NCBI GenBank assembly: GCA_032718475.1
Contig: JAUCBJ010006937.1
Span: forward strand, 1-64,000
Source of the DNA: Nemertoderma westbladi
Lineage: Eukaryota; Animalia; Xenacoelomorpha
Direction of reading: 5' to 3'
DNA length: 64,000 nt
The notes below the pieces were generated by a model that saw nothing but the letters and a program-made list of their open reading frames with translations, made no database searches and was not told the DNA's origin. Of this stretch, positions 26,487-38,500 are shown one piece after another (position 1 is the stretch's first letter; every line of letters starts with the position of its first letter). The translations under genes were made by a program, and so were the position numbers.

Positions 26487-28349
26487 ATGGATACTTCTAA
26501 GGATGATTAAATGGATAATGTCAATACACAGCACATTTTCAGAGGAATATCGTCGAGGTATGCGAGAGATGATGGAGGATTTGTTAATACCCGGAGTACC
26601 GCAACAGTACACGGAACCTCTAATGTCCCTGGTAGAGGTATCCGAGCGACTGCATTACCGCGCCTTTATGGACAGGTATAGTAATATAGATGGATCTTAT
26701 AAACTGTTTGTCATAGCTGGGCATCCGAGCGATCTTATATACTCAGAAGATGTTCATGAGCGACAAGACATGGAAATGTGGCGTTAACATGTACAGAGAC
26801 AATGAGAGGATACTGCGCGAATGGACAGGGAAGATGCCATCCGAGACACCATGTCGACGGACGACGCAGAAACCAGCTTTAATACGGCTAAATTCGAGGA
26901 CTTAGTTACGTTTCTTCGTGAAACTTATTTAAATATAGCGGCGGCCTAAACTCAACAAACTAATTATCCCAAAAGTATTCACCCTGACCCGATAGCGGAA
27001 CTTAAATGTTTATATCATACAATACATGTATTTGACCGCAAGTAGACCTTTACCCGTGTTACTGGACTGTTTCGACACTATGGAAGAATATTGTAAAACC
27101 GTTGCTCGATCCCTGCATGTGAGTCGGCAGGACTTTAAATTATGGTATTACTGCAACGATTGTCCGCATCCCAACCAGCAGGTAAACCATAGCGACCACG
27201 CGCGATTGGGTCGACCGGTCAACCACCCCCATGAACGCTGTCCTAAACATAGCTACACGCATTTCACATATGGAGGGTATGAGCGTGATCTATTTGGTAT
27301 TGATGAACAAGCTTTAAAGAAATTACGCAGAATGGAGCGTTTGCCCGTCGACATCCTGCATTTCTCAGTGCGACCTCCAGGTCCCAAAGTTCAACCGTCA
27401 CCAGTTCTTCCCCAGGATTTCTGCCCCTTAGATGAGGACTATTCCGAATACTTGGACATGGTTCTACCGGAACAATTGATTCCCCGAGAGGAACCAGTGA
27501 TAGCTCCCCTGGTCCCACCCGGACTAGGAAGAGGATTTAGGATGCCTAGAGCCGTAACGCCAGGTGAACAATTGACACCAGGTGTAGTTATACCCCCTTG
27601 CGATGAAACCACCCAGTTAATAATGTTGTCCTGTCTAGATGGCATTCATGCGCGTTTATCCACGACTCCATCTGGTACCTTATTAACAGAGCTCGCTTTG
27701 TTGGAAGCTATGGACAATGTCGCGTTCCAACCAGAAATCAACACGTTAAGAACCCGTATCGCTGAAGGAGACTTATAATCCTTCTTGGATGTTCTCTCGA
27801 ATCTCCAAAGCTCGAAGCTAAGGAGAAAGAAGGGCGTGAAGAAGAAGCGATAGCATTGGAGGATGCCGATATTACCACCTACCGCCAACCTTACGATCAG
27901 TCCTTGATGGAAGGCTTCCAGCATAAATCACCACGGATGATTTTCCTATTGTCCATGATATACCATATCTCTTCGTCAACACTCAAGTTATCCTTCCTTG
28001 GGCACAATCTCGTGGCTTCTTCAGAGTTATGTATCGGCGCAACGCTAACGATACATATAACCGAGTTGATCATACTTCCTCCAGCCATATCGCGTTCCAG
28101 GAGTACGGTTGGAACTTCAAGGAGACCGACCGCGAGACATATTCTCAAGTTTATGATGACGCAGGATGGTGACGGAGGATGCCGATATTACCACCTACCG
28201 CCAACCTTACGTTCAGTCCTTGATGGAAGGCTTCCAGCATAAATGCTATGTCCACCCTTCCATGCAGCACAAGGTTTTCGGCGCCAAACAGCCGTGTATC
28301 TTCGGTGAACCCGCGGAAACCAGCTGCGCCATCGCTGACGTTCCCATAT
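26487..28349 (+). pseudogene. Element 1 ORF2, part 1 (CxxC..CxxH finger)
   Basis: FKLWYYCNDC...RCPKH.....YGGY aligns with element 2 ORF2 YKLYYQCGSC...RCSNH.....EGGY; the frame continues across the element 2 insertion (ADVPIL-KTPTLEPL). Confidence 0.8.
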
Positions 28350-30272
28350 TAAATTGGAGAGATACGCCTATTCCTACTATCGGAAGAGACGGTAACAATA
28401 CCTGCAATATCCTACTGTAAAGTTTGTAAATCAAATCATAAATCCGACCTTCTCACCAAAACAGTAAACCCTAAGTAAGCGAATATATTGCAGTATCGAT
28501 CTCTTTTAACCGGTGAGGCAGAAAACAGTCTACGAGCAGACAAACTTCGATAAAACAAATCCCGCGCAGCGAATCCTAAAATCAGGCTGACTCACTGACG
28601 GACTAAGGGGCTCGTATACTTTGCCGCGGTGTGATTTATATGGTTGGGCAAAGGGACGCTAGCTAGGTATAGAGCAGATTTGGAGATGTCTAACTAGCGG
28701 GCAAAGTGCAGTAAGGACGAAAGTTAATTTTATATATTTCGAGGTGTAAATAATTTCTAACGCGCGTGTGTTAATTCTGAACGGTCAAAGCAGTTTTGCT
28801 CCTTCACATATATAATTACTGGGTACGGTGTGCATTTACGAATATTCTAATTTTATAACTTGTAGGTCCAATACTCACGAATGATAAGGTTCCTTCCCCT
28901 CTTGCGTATTTCCAGGACTCAAATTCAGGCATAAGGTTAATACTACGCCCAGAATTCGGCAATTTTAGGTACCAGGTCCCTGATACTAAGAAGAGATGTG
29001 TTAGTTTACTACTGTAGGCGTACGGGTACTAATAGCTATCCTGGCTCCTATCTAGAATTTTAGTCACCCAGGTAGTCCAGGTAACTTCCTATTAGGGCGT
29101 TGGCGGGGACACGGTAGATGTTAGTATATCCCTGATAGCCTCAATTTATTTGCGCCTAGCGTAAACTGCCCTACCGCCTGAACGGTACAATCCCAATTCA
29201 GGTGAGAACACAGCAACCCCCCTAGCCTACAAGTTCTGATGTAACGGACACCGTTGTACGGCAAATAGTCGCACACACACCTGTACTTAGCAAGAGTTAA
29301 GCGTACAGTTTGCTGCACCCTAACCAATGTGTATGCCTTGTACCGGTGTGCCTACGTCCTATCTGCGTACTAGTATCTGCTCTCTCTCCCTCTCCCCCCG
29401 TAGGAATATGAAGGTCTACTGCGGTTTTTTCCTGAATCAAGACAGTACAGTCCCTATGATGTAATTTTGGGCTCACAGCGTGTCACTACGTCTACCTTTG
29501 ATCTTTTGGTCTTACACTTAGGTAGCAAGGATCGAACGCTGTCTAACCTTTCAGGCGATGGGCGAATAACACTAGATGGTATTGCGGGTTGTCTCTCGTC
29601 TACATTCCCGTGATGTTCCCGTTCATTGCTGCGGCCCGATCTCTAGCCGGCCATCCTGTCCCTGAGTTTGTTCACCGTAGTGAAACCATAGTAAAACAGA
29701 TAGAAAAGGGCTGAGATGTGACTAGTATTTCTGACTTTTATTACAAAAGATATAATAACTATTATACAATAAACAATGTAATCTGAAATAAGACAGAAAG
29801 TGAATGATGGAAATTGAAGATTGATTGAGAGTGAATAATGAACGAAATCGCACCTTTATATACTAAATTTGTGCTGCAATCAATCGAGAAAATTCTCGAT
29901 TGTTCTATGGGTTCTAACAAGGTTTTAAAGATAGCTTATTGGTCCAGCTAATATATAACTTGCACGACATTGGTTACAATCAAATAACTACAGCCTTATT
30001 GGTACAGACAAATGCAATTAATTTGTAGCGGTTAATTTAAATGAGTTGAAATTCTGCACAAAAAATAATTCGCACTTACTAGGATTCGAACTCGATACCT
30101 ACTACACTTATAATTTCCAACGCTCTACCAACTGAGCTACTGAACCACTTGACCGATAGATACATAATAGATAGAACCAATACTAATGAGAACTCAAAGC
30201 AATCTTTACAAAGTTAATTCGAATAAAATAAAATTTTGAAAATCCACGGCATTTAGGGAATATAATTCTATA
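28350..30272 (-). repeat. Element 2 3' LTR
   Basis: Matches 45039-46961 at offset 16689; the only difference noticed is 29400 G vs 46089 A; sense termini TATAG...AATTTA; preceded by GGAGCGG (30279-30273). Confidence 0.95.
30059..30148 (-). promoter_or_regulatory. tRNA-derived Pol III module in element 2 3' LTR
   Basis: Sense TAGCTCAGTTGGTAGAGC (A box, intact D-stem), GAGTTCGAATCC (B box), then T6. Confidence 0.8.
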
Positions 30273-30469
30273 CCGCTCCATGAAAACAGGATATTATCGT
30301 GCATAAAATATACGGTTTTCACCAATAATCAATCAAACTATAGAATACTTAGGGCGTACTTACATATTTACAATTAAGTTTCAAACAATACTTCCTTTCT
30401 ACGTAATGATTCGATACAAAATAATTACAAATTCAAACTTTACGTATTTAAGGCTTTACTAAGTAAGTA

Positions 30470-31090
30470 CAATATAAATCTAAATTAAATTCACCAATAT
30501 AAATCTATTGCATCTCAAATATTGCATAAATTCAAACAATTACAAATACAAATAAATGAAAACAATAAGAAAGGCTCGCAAGTCTTCCATCTACTATTGC
30601 ATCTCAAATATTGCATAAATTCAAGTAATTACAAATACTTTCGTACCTAAATGTAGATTGCATAAGTTTGGAATAATTACAAATATGAGTCTTTCTGAGC
30701 ACAAAATTTTCTGTCTATAAAACTTTCTCTTTTACACTGTAAATACAAATACTGCTTATAAAATATAGTATTCGGAACAATACAAATTGCATAAGTTTGG
30801 AATAATATAAATTGCATAAGTTCGAAATAATCACGTAAATATAAATTCTTACTAAATATAAGTTTTACTAAATATAAGTCTTTACTTAAATATAAATATA
30901 AACTGCATAAGTTTAGAATAATATAAACCTTTGCATCTCAAATATGAAACATAAATCTTTCAAATATAAGTTCCTTCTAAATATAAACTTTCTAAATTTC
31001 ATAAATTCGGAACAATACAAATTGCATAAGTTTGGAATAAGCAAAAACTTTCTAAATATAAAACATATAATTCAAATAAATCACAAATCA
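30470..31090. repeat. AT-rich degenerate repeats in element 2 3' UTR
   Basis: Recurrent AAATTGCATAAGTTTGGAATAA, TTGCATCTCAAATAT and AAATATAA units. Confidence 0.8.
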
Positions 31091-31133
31091 TAAGAAAGGC
31101 TCACGAGTCTTCCGTCCACCCTTGCCCTCCCTT

Positions 31134-34100
31134 TTATCGCTTAGTTGATCGAGCCCTGCCGCGTCCTCGAAAACTGCGCACAGGTGACTTTGCTCGCGAT
31201 ATGGGACTAATGGGGCGAGTCACTGGTTTACTTGGGACGTTGAGAGACGGTGCAACTATTTCCTCGCAAATTCGTCTATTTGGCATCCCAAAACCTCGAC
31301 CAATTCCTCGTGACCGATCAGTTGTCGCTACAGTTGGTAGAACGTCTGGGAACGCGCGAGGAGTGGACGACGCAGACCCAAGAGTAGCTTGCGCCCCCTG
31401 TTGATCAGCTGGTGTATGTCCCGATCCTCCTACCGGTTCTCTTGGAAGTGATACCGTATCCCGAGTAACTCGAATAGTCGGCTCAACTCCCTTGCGTTCT
31501 TCTACATTAATAATTTTCTTCAATTGTTGGCCCACCTTCTGGACCCGTATGATCCTACCCTGCCCGTCCTCCCGAGGGTGACGTGCAGACGGCGCAACCG
31601 GAGTGGCTGATATATTCGTCGCCTCTAGGACCTCTTCTTCCTCGAATACGCTCGCTCGTATACGTTTGTGGTAAAACGCGGCTCGGTACGCCCATGCGAC
31701 GGTTAACCAAGCTCCTTTATTCCGCTTTTCGGTTCGGAAACGATCAAATTCACCATACGTGATACGATTTACGACTTTCTGAAAATTCCACGTGTTCTTG
31801 TTATCCGGGTGAATCTGTAACAGATACTCGCGCACCACTCGGAATCCGCTGTCGTGGGGCAAAATATCAACAACCTCGATAAGTTCGTCATATTGGGGCA
31901 TAGCGGAGATATATCCTTCCGACATCATCGTTTGAGGATTTACCGCCCAAAATCCGAGATGCGCTCTCATCGGAAACCGTCTTCTTTGTGCTGATACATG
32001 TTCATCGGCTAAATCTTCCCACTCGTCAAATAACTTCCTCACGAGTTTTACAGATTCGTGTTCATAAGGTATATCTCTCAGTTGGCATTCAGATGCTCGA
32101 TGTCCCTTTATATTGCAGTAAGTACATTGAGCCATAAATCTCCAGCAAGTATAAAAGGTATGAGACCCTTGATCCCCACACCATCCACAGATTAGCTGAG
32201 TCGTAGTAATGTGCTTTCCACTGCACTTTGTCATATGATGTCCAGCGACGCCACATTTACTACACATCGTATTAGCAGGGTACCACACTCGTTCGTATAT
32301 AAGATCTCCAATCGGTCGAGCGCTTCCTCCCATACTATAATCGTAATCATCTGGGTCTATGGGTTGGTAGGTTTCTGAAGGTTGTATACAAACTATAGCA
32401 TCTGTTGCTTCAAGTTGTCGAATCTCCGTCTGAGATTTCTTCGGGAGGTTCCTTTCTATCTCAAGAAGTTCCTCTAAAGGATCATCGGCGATCGTAGTAG
32501 TTACGTTGAAATCATCACCAAGGTGACCGATAGGCGCGCGCGTCTGCCGTGATTCATCCGTAATTTCCACAATACGTTCTCCTTCATAGGGTAACAATGT
32601 AAACATAGATGGTCTTTCGATAAGAGATCCCGCACAGCGAAGATACACGTCTCGAAATATGCTAAATCCTGCTCGAGTAAAGGCATTACACTGAGCGTCG
32701 GAGTTGTAGAAGGGTTCAAGGAATCGTCTAAACACGTCGGTACGAATTCTCCCTTCCATGTAGAACGTATGATCTTCTCCGAGACAAAGTGGATGTCTTT
32801 TGAGAGTCCGAGACACAATGTCGGCGATTAGGCAAACATTCACTGACGACTCTATCGCTAAATAATATTGTAAGACTGCTCTTGGAGGTGACGTAATAGC
32901 CCAATACACGCATCCTCTCCATTTAAGCTGTGATTCAAACTCACTCATATCTGGAGTATCACCTTCTCCATAAGTTTCAATATACTTGTTTCTCTTACCT
33001 TCCTTATAATCCCAATTGAATAACAGGTAGGAAATGTATCCAGTGCCAGTCTTCTGAGTATTATACTCACGAAAATATCCCTGTTCTATAGACCACAGAA
33101 TAAGAGGTCGAGTGTCGACGTATGGTGTCGGTAGTCGGTCATCGCTGTCCGTCATGCCGGCGAAATCGCTAATTAAATCCTCCCTTACTCCTGATCCAAC
33201 CTTTACAACAGTTTTATCTAAAATCATGTTTCTTACCATCTTCGGTAACATTCTAGCGTCAATATTACAAGCTTGGTCCATCTTCTTTACTATATCGGTG
33301 ATAAGATGGTGTCGCTTTGTATTCGCTGGAGGTATCGGCATTCGTTTGTCGCTCCTCTGTCTACTGAAAACGTGCAGGACTCCGTCCGCCGCTCTAATCT
33401 GTATAGTCTTAGAAGTCAAACTCTGCTGATGACTGCCGCCCTCGTTATCGTAAAACATATAACCGTTTTCCTGAAACGATCTAAACGTCCTAGTCCATTC
33501 ATCCAACAATTCTTCCGAAGGTTGCCAAATCTTCTCTATATCCTTATCCTCATCGAAACGAATAACCTTACCTCGCCAATCTGCGGCAATATCTGTATCC
33601 GACTCGAAGGTTCCGATTCCGATCCATAAACGAATCGTCTTGGTTAGATATCCTTTCAGATTACTCGGAGCTATGTCGGCACCAGCTCTATCCAGTTCCT
33701 TAAAATCTTGGATATGAGGTGGAACGTTGTTCACGACCTTTTGAGTAATATGTCTACGCAAATCATATATCTTACTCATATCGCTGAAAACAACTGCAGG
33801 AAGAAACTCCAAGTTTGAAATGATTTCTGGATGATCCACGATGGGTATTTCGTACGTCGTATCCTGTCGGACTGGTATACTAATAGGGAAATTGAGTGTC
33901 GTACTCAATGGTTTCGTAGCTGAAGTACTATACGGTTGCATTTCTCTTGGCCTCTCCGGGGATGCAATCTGTAGTCTCTGAATAACGTTTTGAGCAAAGT
34001 TTATGCTCTCGAAAACTTCCGGTGTCATCTCCTTAGCTGAAGTTTGATCGTGTGACGTCCAATGGCAAGGTAGGCTCGCGAGTCTTCCACCCCATTCTTC

Positions 34101-34859
34101 CATCTCACCTTTCTCGAAAGCCTTGTAGGCTCTGTATAGGCTAAGAGCTTCTTTCTTTTCGCGGGTTGACTGATTCGCCTCGTCCAGCGTAAGTTCAAAT
34201 ACATCGGGTTCAACGACCTTAGGTGGGTAAATGACAGTTTCTCCCGCCTTTGGTCCGGTCATAGCAAATGAATGATATGGATTCGATAAAGGATACCCTC
34301 CTTCCTGGTAGCGTAGTTGTTGATGATTCGAACACCTCGCCAATATTGGTTCGGGATTTTCCTTATTCAAACGCATCGGAATCGCATTTCGTTGTTCGCG
34401 CATACAAGAACCGCATTGATAATAAAGTTTATAAACTGAAAATGCTTCCTTGGTTTCTCTATCGTCCCCTCGAGTTCGTCTGTAAAGATGCATTCCATCG
34501 AATTCATCGCGTACCGCAGGCATAGGTTCGTGCGCCTTTAGGTATTGCATAGTATGATACAAACGACTAATTTCAGTATCGGGGTCTTCGCTAATGTCTC
34601 CCGTATCACACAAAGCATCGTACGGGTAAAGTTCGTTGAAGGTTTGGCGCAAACTTTCGATTCTTTCGTTTAATGCGTTTTGCCTTCTCTTTAATACATT
34701 CGAGTCATATTTAGTTCTCGCGAGTTTCGCTGTACTTTCCGATAATTCTTTTATACCAAATATAGTGTAATCCTTGGCTCCAAATCTTTCGAATGGCGCT
34801 GCTGCCTCCTCTTGGATATCATATCCCCATCTCGGCTCTCCTTGTATCCCTTTCTCCAT
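31134..34859 (-). CDS. Element 2 ORF2: CCCH-type finger, DnaQ/DEDDy (WRN/EXD/Mut-7-like) 3'-5' exonuclease, three CCHC knuckles, basic tail
   Basis: ExoI-like MFYDNEG...TIQI; ExoII-like LP..VRNMILDKTVVKVGSGVREDL..DF...YVDT; ExoIII-like LQYYLAIES; CSKCGVAGHHMTKC, CGWCGDQGSHTFYTC, CTYCNIKGHRASEC; no signal peptide or TM anchor. Domain call is by motif recognition. Confidence 0.8.
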   Translation of the reverse strand: MEKGIQGEPRWGYDIQEEAAAPFERFGAKDYTIFGIKELSESTAKLARTKYDSNVLKRRQNALNERIESLRQTFNELYPYDALCDTGDISEDPDTEISRLYHTMQYLKAHEPMPAVRDEFDGMHLYRRTRGDDRETKEAFSVYKLYYQCGSCMREQRNAIPMRLNKENPEPILARCSNHQQLRYQEGGYPLSNPYHSFAMTGPKAGETVIYPPKVVEPDVFELTLDEANQSTREKKEALSLYRAYKAFEKGEMEEWGGRLASLPCHWTSHDQTSAKEMTPEVFESINFAQNVIQRLQIASPERPREMQPYSTSATKPLSTTLNFPISIPVRQDTTYEIPIVDHPEIISNLEFLPAVVFSDMSKIYDLRRHITQKVVNNVPPHIQDFKELDRAGADIAPSNLKGYLTKTIRLWIGIGTFESDTDIAADWRGKVIRFDEDKDIEKIWQPSEELLDEWTRTFRSFQENGYMFYDNEGGSHQQSLTSKTIQIRAADGVLHVFSRQRSDKRMPIPPANTKRHHLITDIVKKMDQACNIDARMLPKMVRNMILDKTVVKVGSGVREDLISDFAGMTDSDDRLPTPYVDTRPLILWSIEQGYFREYNTQKTGTGYISYLLFNWDYKEGKRNKYIETYGEGDTPDMSEFESQLKWRGCVYWAITSPPRAVLQYYLAIESSVNVCLIADIVSRTLKRHPLCLGEDHTFYMEGRIRTDVFRRFLEPFYNSDAQCNAFTRAGFSIFRDVYLRCAGSLIERPSMFTLLPYEGERIVEITDESRQTRAPIGHLGDDFNVTTTIADDPLEELLEIERNLPKKSQTEIRQLEATDAIVCIQPSETYQPIDPDDYDYSMGGSARPIGDLIYERVWYPANTMCSKCGVAGHHMTKCSGKHITTTQLICGWCGDQGSHTFYTCWRFMAQCTYCNIKGHRASECQLRDIPYEHESVKLVRKLFDEWEDLADEHVSAQRRRFPMRAHLGFWAVNPQTMMSEGYISAMPQYDELIEVVDILPHDSGFRVVREYLLQIHPDNKNTWNFQKVVNRITYGEFDRFRTEKRNKGAWLTVAWAYRAAFYHKRIRASVFEEEEVLEATNISATPVAPSARHPREDGQGRIIRVQKVGQQLKKIINVEERKGVEPTIRVTRDTVSLPREPVGGSGHTPADQQGAQATLGSASSTPRAFPDVLPTVATTDRSRGIGRGFGMPNRRICEEIVAPSLNVPSKPVTRPISPISRAKSPVRSFRGRGRARSTKR

Positions 34860-34889
34860 AATTAGGGTGTAGTTACATAATCATTACTA

Positions 34890-34920
34890 CTAGAGGGAAT
34901 ACAACAGAGTTTGTAGTTAG
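34890..34920 (-). promoter_or_regulatory. Putative splice acceptor for a subgenomic ORF2 mRNA
   Basis: Sense CTAAC..CTCTGTTGTATTCCCTCTAG ending about 30 nt before the ORF2 ATG. Confidence 0.6.
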
Positions 34921-35516
34921 TTGTGAGGAGACGTGAGAGTTTCGTCTGCCCTTTGGGCTTCGACAACGCTCTAACCTCCTACCCATAGCCTAAGATCTAG
35001 GGTTTCTTTAATGACACGCTGCTTCTTATCTAAAATTTTTTGCCGAAGTAAAACGAATTTGGGCTAAACTGGCCGTGAGTCTAAAATACTCACTTTTTGA
35101 TCCCAAACTATTATCAGAAAATAAGCAGTCAAGAATTAGTAATAAATATAGGGGAGTCTATTTTGACGTAACTTATTGAAACAAGACCGTGTAAAATTTA
35201 ATTAAAATTTTAAGAAAGGCTCGCAAGTCTTCCTCTCTTGTTTCTCTAATTTTAAGTTCCACCCGACTGTACCCTGAAATCTATTCACTGGAGAAAATTT
35301 TAAAATTTTTCAAATCCAAATGGATTGTCTAAAATTTCGAAAATGTCTCAATATTGTGAGTTCCAAGTAGAATTCCATTTCTTATACCTACAAATCCCGC
35401 TCCTATGTGACACATAAGGGTACCACCCTCAATGTTCACATATAAAGACAATGGAATTCTACCGCTGTCCTTACTACGGTGTACAGGTACGTGGAAATCT
35501 ATTTGTAAACTCCTAA

Positions 35517-38500
35517 TTATTTACTAGTATTAGGTGGAGATTTGTAGTCTCCAGACTCGTTACGAGTCTCTTCAAGAAGTACGAGACGTTGAGTCGGTCT
35601 GTCTACTGTGCGACCGTCAATTGTTCGTACCGTCACAGTTCTTGTCACTCCATCCATAGATGGATGTGTGGCTAAAATGACACCTGTTATCCAGAAGCGT
35701 CTTTTTAGATTCACTTCTGCCAACAGCACGTGATCTCCCGGCTTTAATGCGTGGGTGTTATTATACCAGTTTGTTCTGGCAGAAATAGAGGGCAAATAAT
35801 GGTTTTGCCATATTTCCCAGAATTTGTTAGCCAGTAGTTGCGTGATTTTCCACGCTTTTCTCCCGTAACTATCGCTTTCTATTGGAATAGAAATAGGTGT
35901 CAAAGTCGTCGGTGCCTGCATTAGCAGGTGTGCCGGTGTCAAAGCAAACTGAGATTGTTTGTCATCGGGTACTAATACTATTGGTCTAGTATTTAGTATT
36001 GCCTCGATTTCAACAAACAATGTTGTCAGTTGGTCGTCTGTTAATATGTGGTTTACTGGAATGACCTTTGCCATTGCTGTCTTTATAGATCTAATCAGTC
36101 TCTCCCAGACTCCGCCTCTCCAAGGACTATCTGGAGGATTGAACTTCCAAACAATCTTGTGAGGTTGCAGTTCGTTCGAGATTTGATCATGATCTAATTT
36201 CTTAAAGGCTCTAGCAATCTCATTCCGAGCACCAACAAAGTTTGTCCCTTGGTCTGAGTACAAGCATTTTACTAGTCCGCGTCTAGCGATAAATCGCCGC
36301 AGTGCTAGTATAAACGCGTTGGTGGAAAGATCCATCACACGTTCAATGTGAACTGCCCTACTGGACATACATGTGAAAATCAGTCCCCAGCGTTTTACTA
36401 GTATACGTCCACGTTTAGTATGTATGGGACCAAAGCAATCAATTCCAGTCTCTGTAAAAGGTGGTCTGAATGCTTGAAGTCGTGCTTGTGGTAGTTCACT
36501 CATTTCTTGGGTACCTATTCTAGAATGTACCTTCTTACATATAATACACGTACGTGTCACTGAACTTAATGCTTTACTGGGTCTAATTAATACAAATCTA
36601 GTACGTAAGTAGGAAAGACAGTGGTGTCTTCCAGCGTGTTTCAGATGTAAATGTGCGTCCAGTATCATTGCACGTTGTAGTTCGTGATGTTGCGGTATTA
36701 TTATTGGGTACCTAAAGTTCGTGTTAAAGTCAATGTTTTGAAGCCGAGATTTATGACAAATTAAGCCATTATAAATTATCGGACTCCAACTCAGTATCGG
36801 TGACGACTTGATTGGTTGACCTTGACTTATAGATGTGAATTCGCGCGCGAAATATCGCAGTTGGTAATGGCGAATTAATTTAATCTCACACCTGTCAATC
36901 TCAGCCAATGTAAGTCGACGTGTAAAGTCACGTTTGCCTTTAACGTATTGTACAAAACGTACAATCCACGCTAATTTTCGGCAAGCGTTTGTCCAAGAGT
37001 CTGTTAAGTTTACAATACGGTCGACGTAAGTATTTGTGACGTCATCAGGTAAGTCAATGGAGAATTTGGAAGGTTTTGAATTACTAGAAGGGCCCACGGG
37101 TCCGCCGGTAAGTATTCCCTTGTTGACTGTTGATCCGTCCGGGTCTACAAGTAATTTGTCCTTCTTTGTCTTCTTACCTTGATTGTCGGTACTTTGTAGG
37201 TCGATCGTTAATGGTGGTTTGAACTCTATGGGGTCAGCAGGTTTTGGTAGACTTATTTTTCTGCCGACATTAATCCCAGGTCTCAACGTAGGTTGCAAGT
37301 TCGGTATGTCTCTTGAGCGCAAAGTAACACCTGTATTTACATTAGCGTAGGTACTACCCACATCTGTAATACATGAGGTTTCACTGTGCTTATGGTTGCT
37401 CAAGTGTGTCAAAATTGGTAGTTTGTCAATACAAGGCCGCTCCAATAGGGAAACTGCGGCTTTATTGTTAGTCAATACATTACTAGTGTCTAGTCGACTG
37501 TCTAGTAGTGTGTCTGGCGATACGTCTGGTAACGTATCTGGTTGTTTGTCACTAGAAGGCCGCTCCAATAGGGAAACTGCGGCTTTACTGTTTGTCAGTG
37601 CGTTACTAACGTCTGGTGGAACATTTTGTGATATGTCTGGCAAAATGTCTGGTTGGCTGTCTAGTAACGTGTCTGGTTGACCGTCTGGCGATATGTCTGG
37701 TTGACCGTCTGGCGATATGTCTGGTGTAGAAAGGCTCGCAAGTCTTCCTCTCTTGACCTTTGAAGTTATATCTTTCCATTTCGCCTTCGGTTTTTTCTTG
37801 AGTTTCGCCGCCGTCGTCTTTTTCTTTGTCTTCCCCTTTTTTGGTTTCTTGATTTCGGCGTCCTTGGGAATGGTGTTGGACTTGTTGTCGTATAACGGAG
37901 GCCAATCTTGTGTCGATTTCTGCAAGAACTGGGGTCCGTGTTGCCAAAACTCTTTGTTCTCCGGTTTACAGAATTCCTCAGGCATCATTCCTCGCGACGC
38001 AATATCAGCTGGGTTTTGTGGTCCGGGACAATGTCGCCAATCCCCTTTTATTGAACGGTCTAGAATTTCCGCGCGACGGTTAGCTACGAATGTCTTGAAT
38101 TCGAGAGTGTCGTTGTTTATGTAAAATAAAACTAACGTCGCGTCAGTCCAATAAAATATCTGTAAACTCGACTGTAGTTCTGTCTGTATGAGGTTCACGA
38201 TGGTGGTTGACAGGGTCGCGGCTTGTAGCTCGGCTCGTGGTGTTGTCATATACTTAGTAGGCATGGTCTTAGCCTTGGAAGTAATGAGCGAAACATCGAA
38301 CTCGTCCGATTCTACTTGTCTGCGCAAATACGCTGCCACACCAAAACCGTTGTCACTGGCGTCAGAAAAACAGTGTAGTTCCAAGTTGTCAGGAAATGTA
38401 CTCTGTAATGGAAAGTAAACCCTGGGTATGAAATAATCCTCTAGCGAAGACAATTCCGCCTCCCAGGTCTTCCATAAGTCCACTTGGTCTGATGAGATCG

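Noticed and set aside
29624-29656. HDV-like ribozyme (sense GATGGCCGGC matches the start of the HDV genomic ribozyme)
   Set aside because: No downstream P1 partner or nested pseudoknot found; a simple hairpin or YY1-like site explains it.
30070-30148. Functional tRNA genes (also 6766-6836 and 46759-46837)
   Set aside because: Only the A/B boxes and at most the D-stem survive; acceptor, anticodon and T stems do not pair.
31134-34859. Envelope gene
   Set aside because: No signal peptide or transmembrane anchor; nuclease and zinc-knuckle motifs instead.
34922-34980. Hammerhead ribozyme (stems plus CGAAAC)
   Set aside because: No CUGANGA core.
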